A stretch of 41,934 nt of DNA from a virus (taxonomy: Duplodnaviria; Heunggongvirae; Uroviricota; Caudoviricetes). Shown in pieces: positions 23,261 through 34,522 of this stretch. Below the pieces are notes generated by a model. It searched no databases, was not told the origin of the DNA, and saw nothing but the letters and a program-made list of their open reading frames with translations. Both the position numbers and the translations under genes were made by a program. How positions within the stretch are numbered: position 1 is the first letter of the stretch; each line of letters begins with the position of its first letter. The stretch lies in the IMG/VR virus record IMGVR_UViG_2541047821_000007, one strand, 5' to 3'.

Positions 23261-25353
23261 CCTCCGGAAGTCAGCCAGGGGTTAACATCGTCAGTTACTG
23301 TTTTCTTCCGTTTTTGTTTTTTAACAGGCGTGGATACCGGTTCCGGTGTGGGTGACGGTTCGGTACTGTCCGGGACACACTCCAGCCAGGTTTCCCGGCT
23401 CGCCCACTCCGGTGCATCCGGCCAGCGGATCTTTTCGTATCCATGCAGAATGACCAGAGCCTCGGCATACACCATCAGGTCAAAAGCTTCGTTGGCACCG
23501 CGACCCGGCTTACTCCATTTCCCGTCACTGCTCCGCTCTTCATACGTCAGTTCGTCGTAAAACCAGCTCCCCAGCCAGTCAGGGAAATGCACATAGCCGG
23601 GACCTGGCGAGTCACGCCATAACGCGTTATTCACCCGGTCTTTCAGGGCATCCGTCTGAAGAAGCCAGAGCGGCACATCACCTGCGGCCTGCGCCCGGCG
23701 GCCCGTTCGTCCGGTGTTATCAGGGAATGTACGGCTGATCAGTTTTGCGCGCCGGATGCTGTCACCCTTAAACAGGTAAATACGTTTACCAAGGCCATCA
23801 CGACGGCAACGACGCCAGAATTTATAGGCATTATCAGTGACCCCGTCTTCACCGCCGGAGTCCACCGCCATTGCCATCAGTCGCATTTGTTGAGAAGGAT
23901 CGGAGGCCAGCGGCCAGCTTTTATGAAAAACATCCGTCAGCAGGACATCCCAGTCTTCCGGATAGCTGGCCGGATCAATTCGCTGGCTCTCCCCGTCGCT
24001 GTCACCGCGCAATGACTGCGTGATGTTGTAACGATCAATAATCCAGCGTTCGCCACGGCTGCCATAGCCCGTTACCTGAACCACAAAACGGCGATGACGT
24101 CCCGCCTGCACATCCACTGTCGCCACAAGGAAATTAACGCCATCCGGCACACTGCGGGAAGGAACTGGCTCTGCCCGCTGCTCAAGCAATTCACTTTTTC
24201 GTTGCTCCATGCTGGCGCGGGGAAGATAAGGTAATCCCCAGTCGGTATTGATAACCGTCTTGAGTGTCTCTTCACTTCCGGTTGTCTCGTATTCCTGTTC
24301 TGCAGTAAGCAGTTTGTAAACGAGTTGCGAGAGTGTCTGATAAGCAGCTGCCGGACCCTCCATCCAGAATGACGCAATACGTGAACGCCGGGGATCACCA
24401 TAACGACTGCCATCTGCATTGATGGATTCACCATCCCGTAACCAGACCCCACGTCCGTTCAGCTCGCGTTTTTGTTCAGGCAAAATCCGTCCTGAACAGG
24501 AAGGACACTGAATATAAGCCGCCTCACTTGCCAGCACAGGATCGGCAATATCACGGAAACCAGCAACCACATCGCCGCAGGGCTGAAAATACTCACCACA
24601 GTGTGGACAGGGCCAGTACCAGCGACGGCGATCGCCACGGTTATAGAGCGACAGGATCCCCGTGGTTGGTGGAGCCTCATGCGGTGAAGTCCGTCGCCAT
24701 TTCACATCCTTCACATCCCTGCCGGGGGAACTCTCCACCAGCGTCATACCACTGGACATAAATGTGGTGGTACGTTTTGAGGCAAGAGAGAAGGCATCCC
24801 CCTCACCATCAATATCTTCCGGAAAACGGTCATAATCCGTCAGCGCCACGCATTTATAATCTGATGAAGACATGATATTGACTGACGGCCAGCCGATTTT
24901 CAGGTAGTTGCCAGCAAGGAATGTTCTGTCATAAACGTTGTTGTCATTTTTGTTCGGACTCAGGCGACTGACCACTTCCGGGCTGACGCGAAACGTTCTG
25001 GCGAGTCGTTTTTTGGAGTGTTCGCGGGCTTTTTCCTCCGTCATCTGAATGATCAGCATATCAGCAGGATCGCAAATCACGTTGTAAATCACCCAGCCGT
25101 CAATCAGGCCGATAGTCTTGCCGGTTCGTGCCGGGCCAACAAATATCACTGCGTCGTATTCACGCGAGGCCAGGCAGTTCATAGGCTCAATAACATACGG
25201 TGCCACCAGCGGATCCCACGGGACTGAGTTCCCTGCCCCCATAGGCACCCGCATATACTGAGCAACGGCATCAGCAACCCGCATTCGTCTCGGTGCGCGA
25301 AGGATATAACCTGAATCGGTTCGTGCTGCCTTTGCGGTTTCCTGATTCAGCAT
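23251..25353 (-). CDS. terminase large subunit (lambda gpA-like)
   Basis: 700 aa; Walker A-like VGPARTGKT; start overlaps small-subunit stop. Confidence 0.9.
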   Translation of the reverse strand: MLNQETAKAARTDSGYILRAPRRMRVADAVAQYMRVPMGAGNSVPWDPLVAPYVIEPMNCLASREYDAVIFVGPARTGKTIGLIDGWVIYNVICDPADMLIIQMTEEKAREHSKKRLARTFRVSPEVVSRLSPNKNDNNVYDRTFLAGNYLKIGWPSVNIMSSSDYKCVALTDYDRFPEDIDGEGDAFSLASKRTTTFMSSGMTLVESSPGRDVKDVKWRRTSPHEAPPTTGILSLYNRGDRRRWYWPCPHCGEYFQPCGDVVAGFRDIADPVLASEAAYIQCPSCSGRILPEQKRELNGRGVWLRDGESINADGSRYGDPRRSRIASFWMEGPAAAYQTLSQLVYKLLTAEQEYETTGSEETLKTVINTDWGLPYLPRASMEQRKSELLEQRAEPVPSRSVPDGVNFLVATVDVQAGRHRRFVVQVTGYGSRGERWIIDRYNITQSLRGDSDGESQRIDPASYPEDWDVLLTDVFHKSWPLASDPSQQMRLMAMAVDSGGEDGVTDNAYKFWRRCRRDGLGKRIYLFKGDSIRRAKLISRTFPDNTGRTGRRAQAAGDVPLWLLQTDALKDRVNNALWRDSPGPGYVHFPDWLGSWFYDELTYEERSSDGKWSKPGRGANEAFDLMVYAEALVILHGYEKIRWPDAPEWASRETWLECVPDSTEPSPTPEPVSTPVKKQKRKKTVTDDVNPWLTSGGWL

Positions 25354-25847
25354 TACTCCTCCTGCTGTAATTCCTCCTCATCATCCGCACCTGCTTCAGT
25401 CACCCGCAGGGCTATCTGATCGCGCAGATCATCAATAATGGACTGAACACGGCTCACAGCGGCAGGCTGCAGACCGCAGTCACGTTCAAGAATATCCGGT
25501 AATGTCTCCAGCACCTGCACGACCGCTTTTGCCCAGATGGCAAACTCCCGTCTGACATCACTGGCCGGAATGAGTTGTGCCGTTTCCTGTTCGAACTTAA
25601 GACGCTCACGTTCAGACTGATACCAGGCTTTGCGCTCATGCGCGTCCATTTCGCCTTCTGCAACCGGCGGTGGTAATGCCAGAAATGCCGACACAATATC
25701 AACCACCCGATAAAGCTTGAGGTTGCTTTCATGCCCCCCTGCAACGGGTAGATTTTGCAGCCTTGCCGCAGCAGTCTGGCGATGTACACCTGACAATGCC
25801 GCCAGTTGACTGATATTCAGCGTCAGATTTTTTAACTCTCGATCCAT
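25353..25847 (-). CDS. terminase small subunit (Nu1/Noh family, N-terminal HTH)
   Basis: 164 aa; HTH LNISQLAALSGVHRQTAAARLQNL; acidic C-terminus; directly upstream of terminase large. Confidence 0.8.
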   Translation of the reverse strand: MDRELKNLTLNISQLAALSGVHRQTAAARLQNLPVAGGHESNLKLYRVVDIVSAFLALPPPVAEGEMDAHERKAWYQSERERLKFEQETAQLIPASDVRREFAIWAKAVVQVLETLPDILERDCGLQPAAVSRVQSIIDDLRDQIALRVTEAGADDEEELQQEE

Positions 25848-26065
25848 ACCCGCTCCAGAATGTTTTAAACATGCATCTTGCGAACAACTTTAGGCAAACG
25901 GTGTTAGTGATGAACAAAAAACAATCAGAATCGACACCATAAAAATAAATCCACTGTAATATCAATCAATTACAGTAGTGGTGATGACGAATAAAATTTC
26001 AAAAACTAGCCTTTTTCCGCGACGCTCCCGCCCCGTGGCAGGGGCCCCCACCGGGAGGACCCGAC

Positions 26066-26092
26066 AGCCTGACAGCCTGACAGCCGTGACGA
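26066..26092. repeat. three tandem copies of GACAGCC(T/G) in a GC-rich block upstream of the terminase genes (candidate cos/terminase-binding region)
   Basis: cgacagcctgacagcctgacagccgtgac; nearby palindrome CCACTGTAAT-8 bp-ATTACAGTAGTGG at ~25950-25980. Confidence 0.4.
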
Positions 26093-26221
26093 GCATCTGA
26101 TACAGCGCTTTACATAATGGCATAGGAATAATTCAGAAGGACATCACAGCATGCCCACACAAATTAGTGTGAGTGTCCTGTTTCTTCCTACGCACAGGAC
26201 TGACGAGCATGAGGGGAAAAT

Positions 26222-26389
26222 ATGCGAACCATAAATGCCTCATCTTCAGCAATGCAGCCGGCATCCGAACAGGACGATATTGTAAATTCACCTAATTACG
26301 AGGACATTGCAGTAGTTGAATTGCAGCTCTGTATTAGCCTGACAGTGACAGAATGCGATATTGACTCTGTCACAGGTGAAATAGTTTGA
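26222..26389 (+). CDS. hypothetical 55-aa acidic protein
   Basis: ATG 26222 preceded by GAGGGG at 5-nt spacing; not in track (<60 aa). Confidence 0.25.
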   Translation: MRTINASSSAMQPASEQDDIVNSPNYEDIAVVELQLCISLTVTECDIDSVTGEIV

Positions 26390-26409
26390 ATGATTAGCAG
26401 TTATGGTGC

Positions 26410-26616
26410 TCAGTCAACCACCAGGGAATAATCCTTCGAATTCTTATCGTGCTTCACCAACGCTGCCTCAATTGCCCTGAATGCTTCCAGAGACACCTGA
26501 TGTTCTATACATGCAATTACAACATCCGGGTAACTCATAGAAATGGTGCTATTAAGCATATTTTTTACACGAATCAGATCCAACGAGAGTTCATCAGCAG
26601 ATTGTTCTTTATTCAT
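26410..26616 (-). CDS. hypothetical 68-aa protein
   Basis: Track ORF; convergent with the 26222 ORF; position suggests a Qin-type moron. Confidence 0.35.
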   Translation of the reverse strand: MNKEQSADELSLDLIRVKNMLNSTISMSYPDVVIACIEHQVSLEAFRAIEAALVKHDKNSKDYSLVVD

Positions 26617-26916
26617 TTTGTCGCTCCATGCGTTTGCTCGTCATCTAGCGGTTAAAATATTACTTCAAATCTTACTGCATAAAAGAGGAAAAGTATGAAA
26701 GTTTGAGTACATCGACCTTACATACATCTGTCGGTTGCATATCCCTCCTGGATGCCAGCAAGGCTCAATTTTGTTACGCAATCAACACTATTCATTAAAA
26801 ACAGGCTTAATATTTGACATAAATCATCAACAAAACACAAAGAGGTCAGACCAGATTAAAACAATAAACACGATAATGCAAACTACGCGCCATCGTATCA
26901 CATGGAAGGTTTACCA

Positions 26917-27327
26917 ATGGCTCAGGCTGCCATTTTTAAAGAAATATTCGATCAAGTGCGTAAAGATTTAAACTGTGAATTATTTTATTCTGAGCTAAAA
27001 CGTCACAATATCTCACTTTATATTTACTATTTAGCCACAGATAATATTCACATTGTGTTAGAAAACGACAACATAGTGTTAGTAAAAGGACTCAAAAAGG
27101 TTGTAAATGTTAAATTCTCCAGAAACAAACATCTTATAGAGACCTCCTATAATAAGTTGAAATCAAAAGAAATCACATTTCAACAATACAGGGAAAATCT
27201 TGCTAAAGCAGGAGTTTTCCGATGGGTTACAAATATCCAGGAACACCAAAGATATTACTATGCCTTTGATAACTCATTACTATTTACTGAAAGCATCCAG
27301 AAAACTACACAGATCTTACCACGCTAA
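26917..27327 (+). CDS. ydfO: DUF1398-family prophage protein YdfO
   Basis: [33 protein letters not shown] recognised as YdfO-like; internal ATG 26917. Confidence 0.7.
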   Translation: MAQAAIFKEIFDQVRKDLNCELFYSELKRHNISLYIYYLATDNIHIVLENDNIVLVKGLKKVVNVKFSRNKHLIETSYNKLKSKEITFQQYRENLAKAGVFRWVTNIQEHQRYYYAFDNSLLFTESIQKTTQILPR

Positions 27328-27478
27328 ACCATAACGTCCGGCTTCTCTCACTCCTGAGCCGGACTGCATTGGTTTAATAAAAACCATCAACAATTGTGAT
27401 TTAGATATTCGGAACCATTCAAATATAACAAAACCCCGTAAAAACGAGGTTTATGGATAAATTTTATTATTGAATACA

Positions 27479-27655
27479 TCAGATTAAATTAATCTTGACA
27501 TCATAGCTTTCAAGACCCGTCATTTTTTCCCGTGCGGTAAACTGAATACTGGTAACTTCTTTCCCGGTCTTTTTCTTAAGTTCAATAATTTTTTTTGTTA
27601 TATATTCAGAAATATCTGCTTCTGCTTTTGTTTTTAAGTTTTCAATATTCATCAT
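27479..27655 (-). CDS. gnsB: GnsA/GnsB-family small protein
   Basis: 58-aa ORF (not in track): MMNIENLKTKAEADISEYITKKIIELKKKTGKEVTSIQFTAREKMTGLESYDVKINLI; AGGA SD. Confidence 0.7.
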   Translation of the reverse strand: MMNIENLKTKAEADISEYITKKIIELKKKTGKEVTSIQFTAREKMTGLESYDVKINLI

Positions 27656-27823
27656 TTCCTCTTTTAGTCTGTTATGACTTTCCAGTTACACAGTAAGTCG
27701 ATTATATGGTGCAAACGTGTAAAAGATAAGATGAAACATCGCAATAATCAACATACGATAGTCTAAATTTTACACAAACAGACAAAGAGAATTTTCCTGA
27801 ATTATCAATACAATAGCATCAAA

Positions 27824-28054
27824 TCAACTCAAGAGCCTTATTGCTGCTTCCAGAATTTCTTCTGAAGTAACATGTCGATCCGCGGCTACATAAATGACTT
27901 TATGATCTCCGGTCAGAGATGGAAACCCTGCGGCCATTACAGTAAGGTGTGTTTTTTCGCCATTTGGATATTCACGCATGATGGTGTTAACTCCAGTCAT
28001 CGCTGGCACTACCACTGCTGGTTCAGAGTTAAAAAAAACTATGATTTTTTTCAT
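27824..28054 (-). CDS. small prophage protein, possibly YnfN-like
   Basis: Track ORF trimmed to internal ATG 28054 (MKKIIVFFNSEPAVV...); between gnsB and cspI as in Qin. Confidence 0.45.
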   Translation of the reverse strand: MKKIIVFFNSEPAVVVPAMTGVNTIMREYPNGEKTHLTVMAAGFPSLTGDHKVIYVAADRHVTSEEILEAAIRLLS

Positions 28055-28325
28055 GATGTTACCGTAGTATGTGAGTATCCATCGAATAGATACCAAGCAA
28101 AAAAGCTCCCGAAGGAGCCTTCATTTTCACTTTTTTAAATCCAACGACAGACGGCTGGCATTTAAGTATTGTGAAATATTATCAAATGTAATCATCATTG
28201 ATTTACAAAAGATACATTTTGCCCCGAAAGGATTCATGTCAGAAACATCAAAAGATGATGTTCTATACTGGGAACCATGACAACACGGGCATCTAAAGTG
28301 AATATGGTTTGTAATATTGTCTACC

Positions 28326-28538
28326 TCAAAGCGCCACTACATGAACAGCGGCAGGACCTTTAGGTCCGTTCTCAATACCAAATTCAACTTCCTGATTCTC
28401 AGTTAATGTTTTGAAATCGTTGCTCTGAATTGCTGAGAAATGGACAAACACATCTTTGCTGCCATCTTTCGGCGTGATGAAACCAAAACCTTTTTCAGGG
28501 TTAAACCATTTCACTAAACCAGTCATTTTGTTAGACAT
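28326..28538 (-). CDS. cspI: cold-shock protein CspI
   Basis: 70 aa; KGFGFI and VFVHF RNA-binding motifs. Confidence 0.9.
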   Translation of the reverse strand: MSNKMTGLVKWFNPEKGFGFITPKDGSKDVFVHFSAIQSNDFKTLTENQEVEFGIENGPKGPAAVHVVAL

Positions 28539-28901
28539 AATTATTACCTTTTGAAGAAATTAGCCCTTGGGCAGAATGGTCCGAAAAAAAATATCAGAGA
28601 GAAAAACCAACAAGGAAATCTCAAGAGGTACAAATAATAAAATTATAACAATGACTGCTTCAGATAAATTTGTAACAAACCAGAACACCATTAACGCATG
28701 ATTAACCACCCATAGCAAGGATTACTTTTGTAAAGAAAAACACAGCAATGAAAGAATAGCTTTATTTATTAATAATAACGTGTCATTCTGATTAAGACCT
28801 TTTATCTTACCCTTAAGATTTCAGGAATTTTGGCTCATGGAAGAGTCCTTTTTATTTAAATTTTACATTCCGCGATGTAAATGTTCCGATTTAATATTAC
28901 C

Positions 28902-29925
<1,024 letters not shown>

Positions 29926-29929
<4 letters not shown>

Positions 29930-30213
29930 ATATATTTATGATGAGGACGCTCGTGCTTATTGGCAGGATTTTCAATCTTAAAGGAGTACTGATGCTGCAG
30001 ATAAGACTCAACTTTTTCTGACAATTTTTCTGCTACTTCCAGGAAGACTTGCCGGACGCTCCTTCTGGCTGCTGCCTCATAAAACTCCAGCGCAGCTCCT
30101 TCAACACGGTCCATGGCGACATCCAGGTCAAAAATTTCACCGTCAAAGCGTTCTTTGTCCTGTAAGGCTACAGTTACCGTAACTTTATTCTCAAAATTAC
30201 GGACTCCTTTCAC
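29926..30213 (-). CDS. ydfR: YdfR-like protein between holin and endolysin
   Basis: 95 aa; ATGA overlap with endolysin start. Confidence 0.55.
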
Positions 30214-30241
30214 AACCAGTTCATAGTCTTGAGTCGTTGGA

Positions 30242-30457
30242 TTACTCTCCTCTCGCAGCCTTACGCCTGTCTTCTTTAATCTTGAAATAAAGATTTGTCA
30301 GATACGTCAGCAGGCCAAAAACCAGGCTACCCAGCACACCGATTGCAGCCCACTGTGACGGAGTTACTTTATCGAGTAACTGCAATGCCCAGAAACCAGC
30401 ATTACCCGCCGATGTGCCATAGGCAACACCTGTTGTTAACTTATCCATTGATTTCAT
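30242..30457 (-). CDS. essQ: pinholin (phage 21 S-like), dual-start motif
   Basis: 71 aa from MKSMDK (Met1 and Met4); two TM helices; C-terminal [11 protein letters not shown]. Confidence 0.85.
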   Translation of the reverse strand: MKSMDKLTTGVAYGTSAGNAGFWALQLLDKVTPSQWAAIGVLGSLVFGLLTYLTNLYFKIKEDRRKAARGE

Positions 30458-30676
30458 ATCCTCACCCCGATGTACACGGATGGTGCAATATGTTTGAAAA
30501 GATCGGAGTCTACGGGGTAGTTTTGACAGCACACGTTGTTCTCAACGGCGCTAAAAAAACATACACATTAAAAATGTGGGTAATTATTTTGAAAGAAAGT
30601 CATATATAAAATAATAATACGAGAAATGTTTTCATATTTAGTGTACTGTATACGGCCATTTATACAGGAAAAGCCT

Positions 30677-30847
30677 ATGTCAGAACGTAAAAACTCAAAA
30701 TCACGCCGTAATTATCTCGTTAAATGTTCCTGCCCAAACTGCACCCAAGAGTCAGAACACAGTTTTTCAAGAGTACAAAAAGGTGCCCTTTTGATCTGCC
30801 CTCATTGCAACAAAGTATTCCAGACAAATCTTAAAGCTGTAGCCTGA
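30677..30847 (+). CDS. small zinc-ribbon protein (C4)
   Basis: 56 aa from ATG 30677 (GGAAAA SD); CSCPNC and CPHC pairs. Confidence 0.5.
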   Translation: MSERKNSKSRRNYLVKCSCPNCTQESEHSFSRVQKGALLICPHCNKVFQTNLKAVA

Positions 30848-30904
30848 TTGATTTTATTAGTAACAAGTATTTTTTATATTTTAATAATATATTTAAAGCA
30901 GATA

Positions 30905-30930
30905 ATAAAAAACCCGCCTGAGCGGGTTTG
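30905..30930 (-). terminator. intrinsic terminator, strongest on minus strand
   Basis: AAACCCGC-TCAG-GCGGGTTT followed by TTTTTTATT on the minus strand. Confidence 0.6.
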
Positions 30931-31210
30931 AGATTGTGGTGCTTTTTGTGGGAGTCATCCACTTACGCACTTTGTTTTGCCATGCCAGCAGTTAGCTTCT
31001 GCTGTAAAACTATTCATGCAGCAAACCTGCACTTCACCACAATGGTTAGCATACTTTTCCTGATTAAGATTTTGCCAAATATGCTAGCCATTGTTTCATG
31101 TATTGGACCTCCTTACTTTTTATTAAAGAGATCCAATATTCACTACTCTGTCCGTATCTCTACTCAGGCATCAGCCTTCTTCGTTATCGTATACAGACGA
31201 GCGATGAATT

Positions 31211-31426
31211 TTAATCAGTAATGATGACATTTGCTGCTGCAGGACCTTTAGCACCACTCTCTATAGAGAAGGTAACCTTTTGACCTTCAAATAAGGTTCG
31301 ATAATTATCATTCTGAATCGCAGAAAAATGCACAAACACATCTTTACTACCATCAACAGGAGAAATAAAGCCGAAACCTTTATCAGCGTTAAACCATTTT
31401 ACTAAACCAGTCATTTTATTTGACAT
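31211..31426 (-). CDS. cspB: cold-shock protein CspB
   Basis: 71 aa; [23 protein letters not shown]... Confidence 0.9.
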   Translation of the reverse strand: MSNKMTGLVKWFNADKGFGFISPVDGSKDVFVHFSAIQNDNYRTLFEGQKVTFSIESGAKGPAAANVIITD

Positions 31427-31726
31427 TCTACATTCCTTAACTTGAGCCTTTCGGCATAAATGGTTTGCATAACAGAAACGACTTCGTACTTAATTGGAGA
31501 GACTCAAAGAAGGAATAAGTGAATAACACCTGAAATGAGAACTGCTTTAGTAAACTACTTCGTATATCGTCTGTTCTTCAAACCGACGCAATCATTAACG
31601 CATAGTTGAACATATGAAGCAATGTTTATTTTAGACATCCAGCCATCTTCAACCCCATCAAAAAACTATAGCTTTCTTCAGGAACGTGTGTATAGTGCGC
31701 CAAGTTATCAGTATTAAGGAATTTTT

Positions 31727-31939
31727 TTGTCCCGTAAAATGACAGGAATTGTCAAAACCTTTGACGGCAAAAGCGGCAAGGGTCTTATCACCCCATCCGA
31801 TGGTCGTATCGATGTCCAGCTTCATGTTTCAGCGCTCAATCTCCGCGATGCAGAAGAAATTACCACCGGATTACGCGTGGAATTTTGCCGGATAAATGGT
31901 CTGCGTGGCCCTTCAGCTGCCAATGTTTACCTTTCATGA
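31727..31939 (+). CDS. cspF: cold-shock protein-like CspF
   Basis: 70 aa; [23 protein letters not shown]... Confidence 0.85.
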
Positions 31940-32227
31940 GCTATATTAAAGCTTTAATTTCAGGCCCCATCGGATCACACATGGAGAGTTTTTATGAATA
32001 ACCCCGTCTGTCTTGATGACTGGTTGATTGGCTTTAAAAGCTTATGCTGTACTTTGGCCGTAATAGCTCTGCTAATAATATAATAAGCAGACTCATTGTG
32101 TTTAGGGACATTGTACTGGAAGAAAATATTTTAAACATCAGGCAAATAACCAAGTCACCAGCTAAATAATAAGTTAACAGACATGAGTCCCGGGATGAGA
32201 TTCAACATTACCATTGCCCCATTTAAA

Positions 32228-32255
32228 GCACAAAACCCGCTCATCAGCGGGTTTT
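32228..32255 (-). terminator. tR'-like intrinsic terminator after the late promoter
   Basis: AAAACCCGCTGATGAGCGGGTTTT then GTGCTTT on the minus strand, about 40-60 nt after the predicted start site. Confidence 0.6.
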
Positions 32256-32300
32256 CTACTTTTTCTTAACGTCGGGTATACAAAGCCCATCGTTGAAAAA

Positions 32301-32329
32301 ATTTTATCCATATTTTTTGAAAAATGCAA
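32301..32329 (-). promoter_or_regulatory. pR'-like late promoter
   Basis: Minus-strand -35 TTGCAT (32329..32324), 17-nt spacer, -10 TAAAAT (32306..32301), immediately after the Q stop. Confidence 0.6.
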
Positions 32330-32360
32330 ACATCATGTCGCCATCTTCAGCAAAAATCAT

Positions 32361-33113
32361 TTATCTCGTCACCTTCCTCAATTGCGCTTCCGCGTATGCT
32401 TCTTCCTGCCAGCACTTTGTTACCAGTTTATCAATGACGTCCGCATACCCCTTATACCACTGATAATCGGTCAGGTCTGGTACCAGCTTCTGGACATGAC
32501 GTCGTGCCAGCGTGGTCGGTAAACGACTAAATCGGTTTCCATTACAACGCCCACAAATCTTATATACCGGTACGCCATGAAACCGGGTTCTTTTTTCATC
32601 CAGAACAATCCCTTTACCCTTACACCCTCTGCACGCTGTGCTGACTTCGCCCTTACCATGGCAATGCTGACATAGTTCCTTCACCCATTCTTCCTTGATT
32701 ACAGATTCCCCGCGTCTGTAGTGTTTCACCACTTCGCGCAATACATTATAAAATCCCGTACCTGAACAATGCTCACAGCGAGCCTTACTTGCCGCAGACC
32801 TGGAGTAATCAGCAAAGGCAAAATTCACAAGGTAAGGAATAATCTGTAACCGGATTTCTTCACTCAATTTGTTCAATGTCGGGTTATCCAGTGCCATCGC
32901 GTAATTTAGCAGGCCTTCAATCGCAAACTGAGGGTCCTGAACACCAACTTTTGCCAGAAATAAGGCCAACCCAAGTGGTGCTTTCGACTGCACCATCCCC
33001 TGCGCTGCCATTACATCCGTAATTGTTAAACAACCGGTGCCTGTCGCTGGAGCGTCATCGCTCAATTTTGGAGATTTTGGGGAGTAATATTTTGGTAAGG
33101 CTTCAAGGTTCAT
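32361..33113 (-). CDS. quuQ: late-gene antiterminator Q (phage 21/82 type)
   Basis: 250 aa; Cys/His clusters (CEHCSGTG, CQHCHGKGE, CRGCKGKG, CGRCNG). Confidence 0.8.
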   Translation of the reverse strand: MNLEALPKYYSPKSPKLSDDAPATGTGCLTITDVMAAQGMVQSKAPLGLALFLAKVGVQDPQFAIEGLLNYAMALDNPTLNKLSEEIRLQIIPYLVNFAFADYSRSAASKARCEHCSGTGFYNVLREVVKHYRRGESVIKEEWVKELCQHCHGKGEVSTACRGCKGKGIVLDEKRTRFHGVPVYKICGRCNGNRFSRLPTTLARRHVQKLVPDLTDYQWYKGYADVIDKLVTKCWQEEAYAEAQLRKVTR

Positions 33114-33126
33114 GCTCGTTCTCCAC

Positions 33127-34215
33127 TTACGCCAGTACGCCAGTTGCCAGCGCGCGATCGATAAAACGAAATATCAGCTCCAGTTGGGAGCCATACTTCT
33201 CTTCAAATGCCACTGTATCCGTATGCAGCTCGTTGTGATGCTTTCTGCACAAAGGCAACACAAAGAGATCATGTGCTTTTGTTCCCATTCCGCCCTGCCC
33301 GTGACCAATCAGATGATGCGGATCGTCGGCTGGCATACCGCAGCAAGCACACGGCTGTGTCTTAACCCAACGAGTGTATTTCTCCTTAACCCAGCGGCGA
33401 CGTTTAGGCAGCTTCATGAAAGATTCCGGAGACTCTGGATCAACGGTGATGCTTACCACCGTCTTTTCCTGTGGTGGTTTTTGTTGCTGGTGGGCGTAAG
33501 GCAACGGTGCAAGATTTTCTGTGCGTTGTTTCAATATGCTGGTGGCGGTCTGCTCTCCCTGTACGATGTCGCTTTCGCGGTACACCGAGCAGATTTTTTC
33601 CGCTGGTAATCCCAGCGAACGACGCGATACAGCCTCAGGTAGTGCATCCACCACCTGATTGCAGACCGCCCACCAGGATAATTCAGCCAAAGATAATTCC
33701 CGCTCCTGCGTACCGCTTATTGCGTGACGGATGACGTCAATCACCCATGCTGTCAGATTTTGTTGAGCAAGCAGCTCCAGTGATTCCGATGTCTGGTCAC
33801 GCAGTTGGTTGTCGCAGTGCCAGCACAACACCATTGCGCCGGTACCATAACGGTGAATGACTGTTTCAGTGTGATGGTAATCGCCATTAGGCCACTGGCA
33901 GGATGTAACATGACGTAATAGCCAGTCAGACAATGCGCCAACGCCGCCAGTAGCACGAATCACCCGTTCGTTACTAAAAAACGGCAGCAATGTTTTGTCT
34001 TCTGCCAGCGGCTGGCGAACGGCAGGAACGACTCCGGATGGCAGATTTCGCATGCTTTTTGGTTCCGGTTCCACCAGCACTCGAGGATTATGAAATATCT
34101 GTATGGATTCACGGCCCGGCTTAAGGACCACCAGCCCAAGCTCAGGCACCAGAACAGGTCTAAGTAATACCCGCACGTTACCTCCAGATCCGTTGCTGGA
34201 AAGTGCGGGACGCAC
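33127..34215 (-). CDS. ydfU: DUF968-type prophage protein YdfU with C-terminal HNH-like Cys/His motif
   Basis: 362-aa ORF; C-terminus PCACCG...HHLIGHGQGG...CRKHHNELH; real start may be an internal Met. Confidence 0.65.
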   Translation of the reverse strand: MRPALSSNGSGGNVRVLLRPVLVPELGLVVLKPGRESIQIFHNPRVLVEPEPKSMRNLPSGVVPAVRQPLAEDKTLLPFFSNERVIRATGGVGALSDWLLRHVTSCQWPNGDYHHTETVIHRYGTGAMVLCWHCDNQLRDQTSESLELLAQQNLTAWVIDVIRHAISGTQERELSLAELSWWAVCNQVVDALPEAVSRRSLGLPAEKICSVYRESDIVQGEQTATSILKQRTENLAPLPYAHQQQKPPQEKTVVSITVDPESPESFMKLPKRRRWVKEKYTRWVKTQPCACCGMPADDPHHLIGHGQGGMGTKAHDLFVLPLCRKHHNELHTDTVAFEEKYGSQLELIFRFIDRALATGVLA

Positions 34216-34456
34216 GTGGTGGGCGTTCGGAATAAGGCAGCCTGACAGAGATTATCCAGTGCCGATAGTCGAGACTGAGAGCTTTCTTAACCTCGAACCC
34301 GCGCCTGCGGTAAGAATGAATCAGCCATTCGGCCTGTTCTGCAGTGCATGGAGGGTGCTGGAACCATTCAGACTTGAATGCGTGAGAATACCGCCCGTGC
34401 GTGCAGGCAAGAACGGGCGAATTATCAGAATTGTAATATTTTACGTTGCGTGCCAT
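34178..34456 (-). CDS. rem: Rem-like small prophage protein
   Basis: 92-aa ORF between ydfU and the hok region; 3' end overlaps the ydfU 5' extension. Confidence 0.5.
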   Translation of the reverse strand: MARNVKYYNSDNSPVLACTHGRYSHAFKSEWFQHPPCTAEQAEWLIHSYRRRGFEVKKALSLDYRHWIISVRLPYSERPPRASRTFQQRIWR

Positions 34457-34522
34457 CGGTTTTCTCCGGTGGCACGGTGTTACTCAGCGGGAGTTCAGCC
34501 CCGCGCAAGATTGTAGATGAGT

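Noticed and set aside
32214-32522. 102-aa plus-strand ORF across the Q 3' end and late promoter
   Set aside because: Overlaps Q and the pR'-tR' elements; no RBS.
33112-33609. 165-aa plus-strand ORF antisense to ydfU
   Set aside because: Antisense to a longer ORF with recognisable motifs; no RBS.
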